DNA of 9,883 nt, from IMG/VR virus record IMGVR_UViG_2529292735_000024, positions 1-9,883 of that record; one strand, 5' to 3'. Position numbers and translations under genes: made by a program. The stretch is from a virus (Duplodnaviria > Heunggongvirae > Uroviricota > Caudoviricetes). The stretch's first letter is position 1. The number at the start of each line of letters is the position of its first letter. The notes below the pieces were generated by a model. That model was not told the DNA's origin. It saw only the letters and a list, made by a program, of their open reading frames with translations, and ran no database searches. Shown in pieces: positions 6,997 to 9,883 of the stretch.

Positions 6997-7089
6997 TTTT
7001 GTATCTCCGTTATTTGCGTGTGCGAATACCTCCGTTAATACGGAAGGTTTTCACGTTTTCTTATTTAATTTGATGCTTTATTTGTATCG

Positions 7090-7203
7090 TTATTCACCAG
7101 TGAAAAAGCGTTCAATCTTTTTTACTGAATGAATAATTCGCATAATCCCAATGGCGCAGGCCACCGAAATAATCAGAACAAGCCATGAGATAAATATACT
7201 CAT
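7090..7203 (-). CDS. Small hydrophobic membrane peptide (37 aa), absent from the ORF track
   Basis: Hand translation of the minus strand gives MSIFISWLVLIISVACAIGIMRIIHSVKKIERFFTGE then stop: one TM-like helix plus a basic tail. Its ATG (7201..7203) overlaps the stop of the 80-aa gene as ATGA (7200..7203). Confidence 0.4.
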   Translation of the reverse strand: MSIFISWLVLIISVACAIGIMRIIHSVKKIERFFTGE

Positions 7204-7442
7204 GCGATATTCCCCAGCTTATACGGTTCAATATGTTCCCCGCATTCTGCGGCACAGATCAGCTCGGAAAGTTCGTTAAGTGCATCCAGATCATCAGCGT
7301 AAAAAGCGACGTCATACAAACTCCGGATTGCCCTGGTCAATGAGTCACGGGCTGCACGTTCAGCATGAGCGCCTGATGCACTTAAGCGAAAATAAAATCG
7401 TTCAAGTGCTTTGTTAATGAGAGTTTTATATTCTTTGCCCAT
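7200..7442 (-). CDS. Hypothetical early-operon protein (80 aa)
   Basis: ORF with SD AAGGG 7 nt upstream of the ATG at 7442; no family recognised. Confidence 0.5.
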   Translation of the reverse strand: MGKEYKTLINKALERFYFRLSASGAHAERAARDSLTRAIRSLYDVAFYADDLDALNELSELICAAECGEHIEPYKLGNIA

Positions 7443-7453
7443 CGCAACGCCCT

Positions 7454-7732
7454 TTAATCTGCTTTCTGTATTTCAGCTTCTGAATCCATACAAATAATTT
7501 CGATATATGGTTCATCGCCATTAACCTGACGTGCCTTTTCAGCTTCGCTAATGATTTCTCGCACGGTCTGGTACGGAAGCTCCACAGTCAGGCGCGTACC
7601 GTTCAGATAAACGTAAGTAGCTGCGTTTTTTTCGGATGGAACAACTCCGTCAATGGCTGATGCGCGTAATAACAGTTCACCGCGAAAATCAATAAAACGG
7701 ATAAATACACCTTGTGCATGCTCTTTGGTCAT
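7454..7732 (-). CDS. Hypothetical early-operon protein (about 92 aa; start moved to internal ATG 7732)
   Basis: The track ORF 7454..7792 would overlap the upstream gene by about 50 bp. The internal ATG at 7732 (MTKEHAQGVFIRF...) follows the upstream stop by 10 nt and has AGGTG upstream. Confidence 0.5.
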   Translation of the reverse strand: MTKEHAQGVFIRFIDFRGELLLRASAIDGVVPSEKNAATYVYLNGTRLTVELPYQTVREIISEAEKARQVNGDEPYIEIICMDSEAEIQKAD

Positions 7733-7742
7733 AAAGCACCTG

Positions 7743-8084
7743 TTATAAATCAGCCTGTTTAATAAAACTTTGCCCACGAAGCAGACGATCAACCGTGCGA
7801 AGTGCTTCGTATAATGTGAAATCCTGCCCGAATTGATTGTCGCCGCAGCTCAATGCAAAAATGCGGTTTCCGGTAAACGGATTGCGTGGGCATTTATGGA
7901 CCACGATTCCAGCTTTCTCAATCAGCCAGGCATGCTCGCCGATTTGTTTTACTGGGTAGCCATCCGGCGTTGCGTGTGTATCACTCAGGCTGTAGCGGAT
8001 GTTGCTGCGTGATGCACTGGTAGCGAAACGGTTAGCGTGGCGTTCAGCACCATTACGAAAGCGTGAATTACGTTGCTGTTTCAT
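7743..8084 (-). CDS. Hypothetical early-operon protein (113 aa), first gene after the Cox-position regulator
   Basis: SD GGGAG 7 nt upstream of the ATG at 8084; 18-nt gap after the upstream stop; no family recognised. Confidence 0.55.
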   Translation of the reverse strand: MKQQRNSRFRNGAERHANRFATSASRSNIRYSLSDTHATPDGYPVKQIGEHAWLIEKAGIVVHKCPRNPFTGNRIFALSCGDNQFGQDFTLYEALRTVDRLLRGQSFIKQADL

Positions 8085-8102
8085 ATCAAAACTCCCTGCA
8101 TC

Positions 8103-8429
8103 TCATGCAGCAAAATTAAGAAAGCCTAATCCCAAATCTTCCGCCAGCTTCTTGGCTTTCTTAAGCCAGTGATTGCGCCAATCTTTACGCTCAGGAGGAA
8201 GCTGTTTCGTTGCGTCATAGACCATTTCGAGCCACTCATTCCAAAGGATGAGAAGACGGCGCGAACTCCCTTCCTCGCCTAAAACCTCGCGCTCAGTAGT
8301 TAGAGGGATGAGTCGACGCTCTACCAACTTTCTTACGGCTGATTCGGTCTTACCTGTGCGGCGGGAAAACTCATCGACGGTGATGGGGTCTGGGATCTTA
8401 AACAATGCCCTCAATAGTTCTTCATTCAT
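8103..8429 (-). CDS. Cox-position HTH DNA-binding regulator / putative excisionase (about 108 aa)
   Basis: Divergent from the repressor gene, as cox is in P2-like phages. HTH-like segment ITVDEFSRRTGKTESAVRKLVERRLIP. Start set at ATG 8429 (MNEELLRALF) with SD GGGAG 8 nt upstream; the track start at 8498 looks like an upstream extension. By my recollection it does not closely resemble P2 Cox in sequence. Confidence 0.6.
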   Translation of the reverse strand: MNEELLRALFKIPDPITVDEFSRRTGKTESAVRKLVERRLIPLTTEREVLGEEGSSRRLLILWNEWLEMVYDATKQLPPERKDWRNHWLKKAKKLAEDLGLGFLNFAA

Positions 8430-8524
8430 GTGATAATCTCCCTGTTTGGGGTATTTCTTGCGACGGATGCCCCAAATCAAACTCATTTGTATAAACATTA
8501 ATACAGACGTTGGAGAATTGCAAC
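8430..8524. promoter_or_regulatory. Lysis-lysogeny switch region between the divergent regulator and repressor genes (putative early and repressor promoters and operators)
   Basis: A 95-bp AT-rich interval. Minus-strand candidate promoter: TTGCAA (complement of about 8518..8523) then TATTAAT-like -10 about 15 bp downstream. Inverted repeats tttgggg (8443..8449) / ccccaaa (8470..8476) and gtat/atac around 8489..8504. Exact promoters and operators cannot be fixed from sequence alone. Confidence 0.45.
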
Positions 8525-8827
8525 ATGCGTATGACTATTGGAGAGCGCATAAAAATCATGCGTGAAAGCGAGAGACTTACTAGCCTCCCGGATACAGCAA
8601 AAATGCTTGGTTTAAACCGTGATGCTCTGTGGAGATATGAAAGCGGTAAAACTATCCCTAATGCTGAAGTAATTGAGCAAATACTAAACAACCCCAGATT
8701 TGAGAAATATGCGTTGTGGTTTATGACTGGGAAAATTGCGCCTGAATCCGGGCAGATAGCTCCGGCTCTCGCACACTATGGGCAAGAGCCAACGGACTTA
8801 CCCCCATCCGAAAGGAAAATTGGCTAA
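8525..8827 (+). CDS. C: Immunity repressor, P2 C-like (about 100 aa)
   Basis: MRMTIGERIKIMRESERLTSLPDTAKMLGL...ALWFMTGKIAPESGQIAPALAHYGQ closely resembles P2 C as I remember it. Start set at ATG 8525 with GGAG 9 nt upstream; the track's start at 8510 is a TTG. Confidence 0.85.
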   Translation: MRMTIGERIKIMRESERLTSLPDTAKMLGLNRDALWRYESGKTIPNAEVIEQILNNPRFEKYALWFMTGKIAPESGQIAPALAHYGQEPTDLPPSERKIG

Positions 8828-8893
8828 CCCTTTATTATTCTTACGTTTTACAAACTGGAAATGTCTTTCCTCGTTTCACCGGAGGGCTTGCCA

Positions 8894-9883
8894 ATGGCAA
8901 TTAAAGCGCTCGATGGTGGACGGTATAAAGTGGATGTTAGACCGCGTGGCCGAAGTGGACGTCGGATTCAGCGGATTTTTAAGAAAAAGGCAGATGCAGT
9001 GGCCTTTGAGCGTTATGTTCTCAGCCACATGCACGATAAGGAATGGCTTGAAAAGCCAACAGAGCAACGTCATCTCTCAGATCTGCTTCCGTTATGGTGG
9101 GAATTGGGTGGACGCAATAAGCCATATGCTAACGGCGTTCTAACCAGGTTGAAAAAAATCATCAAAGAAATGAATGATCCAAGGGTTAGCCAGATTAATG
9201 CTCGTTTCATGGCCGCTTATCGAAGCTCCCGTTTATCCTTGGGAGTAAAAGAGTCTACTGTTCGGCGTGATGAGTCGGATCTCGGAGGAATGTTTACACT
9301 CCTGGCAAATGCCGGGGAATTTCACGGAGAAAATCCGCTCCGCGCCCTCCCCTCTTTGAAACGAAAATCACCCGAAATGACGTATCTCACCACGGAAGAA
9401 ATCGCCAAATTACTGGATGCAGTAAGCGGTGATGCCCGGCGGATTACGCTACTTTGTCTCAGTACTGGGGCGAGATGGGGAGAAGCGAAAAATCTGCGCG
9501 CGGAACACATCATCAATAATCGCGTGACGTTTAACAAAACTAAAAACGGAAAAGTTCGAATTATTCCTGTCTCTGATGAAGTTGTTAGTGAGATCAAAAC
9601 AAAGAAATCCGGCCTTTTGTTTGACGTCAATTATGAGGAATATCGCAAGGTGCTTCGCAGTGTTAAGCCAGACCTACCAAAAGGACAGGCTGTACATGTT
9701 CTACGCCATACCTTTGCTGCTCACTTTATGATTAATGGAGGAAATATACTTACGCTCCAGCGAATTATGGGGCACGCTACGATCCAGCAAACTATGACCT
9801 ATGCGCACCTCGCTCCTGATTTCCTCCAGGATGCAATTTCACTTAATCCGTTAAAAGGAGGCATCCACATTTCATCCACATAA
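8894..9883 (+). CDS. int: Tyrosine integrase, P2 Int-like (329 aa)
   Basis: From MAIKALDGGRYKVDVRPRGRSGRRIQRIF the protein parallels P2 Int (MAIKKLDDGRYEVDIRP...) and carries the catalytic-region motifs LSTGARWGEA, HVLRHTFAAHFMINGG and LGHATIQQTMTYAHL. SD GGAGGG 7 nt upstream of ATG 8894; the track start at 8861 is an in-frame upstream ATG. The stop is the last codon of the window. Confidence 0.9.
   Translation: MAIKALDGGRYKVDVRPRGRSGRRIQRIFKKKADAVAFERYVLSHMHDKEWLEKPTEQRHLSDLLPLWWELGGRNKPYANGVLTRLKKIIKEMNDPRVSQINARFMAAYRSSRLSLGVKESTVRRDESDLGGMFTLLANAGEFHGENPLRALPSLKRKSPEMTYLTTEEIAKLLDAVSGDARRITLLCLSTGARWGEAKNLRAEHIINNRVTFNKTKNGKVRIIPVSDEVVSEIKTKKSGLLFDVNYEEYRKVLRSVKPDLPKGQAVHVLRHTFAAHFMINGGNILTLQRIMGHATIQQTMTYAHLAPDFLQDAISLNPLKGGIHISST

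Noticed and set aside
6997-7089. Hairpin ctccgttaatacggaag (about 7030..7050) as a terminator
   Set aside because: The stem is short with mismatches, and the T-tract lies on the + strand, opposite to the gene direction. More likely part of the leader or promoter region of the 136-aa gene.
8430-8510. Track extensions of the regulator (start 8498), repressor (TTG start 8510), integrase (start 8861) and gene A (start 3705)
   Set aside because: In each case an internal ATG has a better-placed SD, matches the expected N-terminus of the family (MAIKALDGG for the integrase, MRMTIGERIKIMR for the repressor) or gives an ATGA coupling with the upstream gene. The upstream extensions would overlap neighbouring genes or the switch region.
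8248-9630. ORFs 8248..8433 (+), 8422..8691 (-), 8778..9143 (+), 8876..9073 (-), 9322..9630 (-)
   Set aside because: They overlap or are antisense to the well-supported regulator, repressor and integrase genes and have no independent support.
1-9883. CRISPR array, retron (msr/msd plus reverse transcriptase), or rRNA/tRNA genes
   Set aside because: No regularly spaced direct repeats with unique spacers and no reverse-transcriptase-like ORF were seen. The repeats present are few and irregular, and no rRNA-like stretch is apparent.

Overview
The window looks like the early/lysogeny-control region of a P2-family temperate phage (probably an enterobacterial prophage), inverted relative to the usual P2 map. 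At the right end a C-type repressor (8525..8827, +) and a P2 Int-like tyrosine integrase (8894..9883, +) face a leftward early operon on the minus strand: a Cox-position HTH regulator, a chain of small tightly packed genes, and a large gpA-family HUH replication endonuclease (838..3678). Left of gene A, where P2 carries tin/old, sits a frameshifted ParM/StbA-like actin-like ATPase gene that runs off the window start. The most unusual content is a three-gene cassette inside the early operon (4735..5980): an Arg-rich small protein, a 2-TM small membrane protein and an SPFH/Band-7 lipoprotein, bounded by an RBS-occluding hairpin upstream and a GC hairpin downstream, followed by about 330 bp of structured non-coding DNA with a repeated 9-mer. 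All homology statements are from reading the translations against remembered protein families; no database search was possible.
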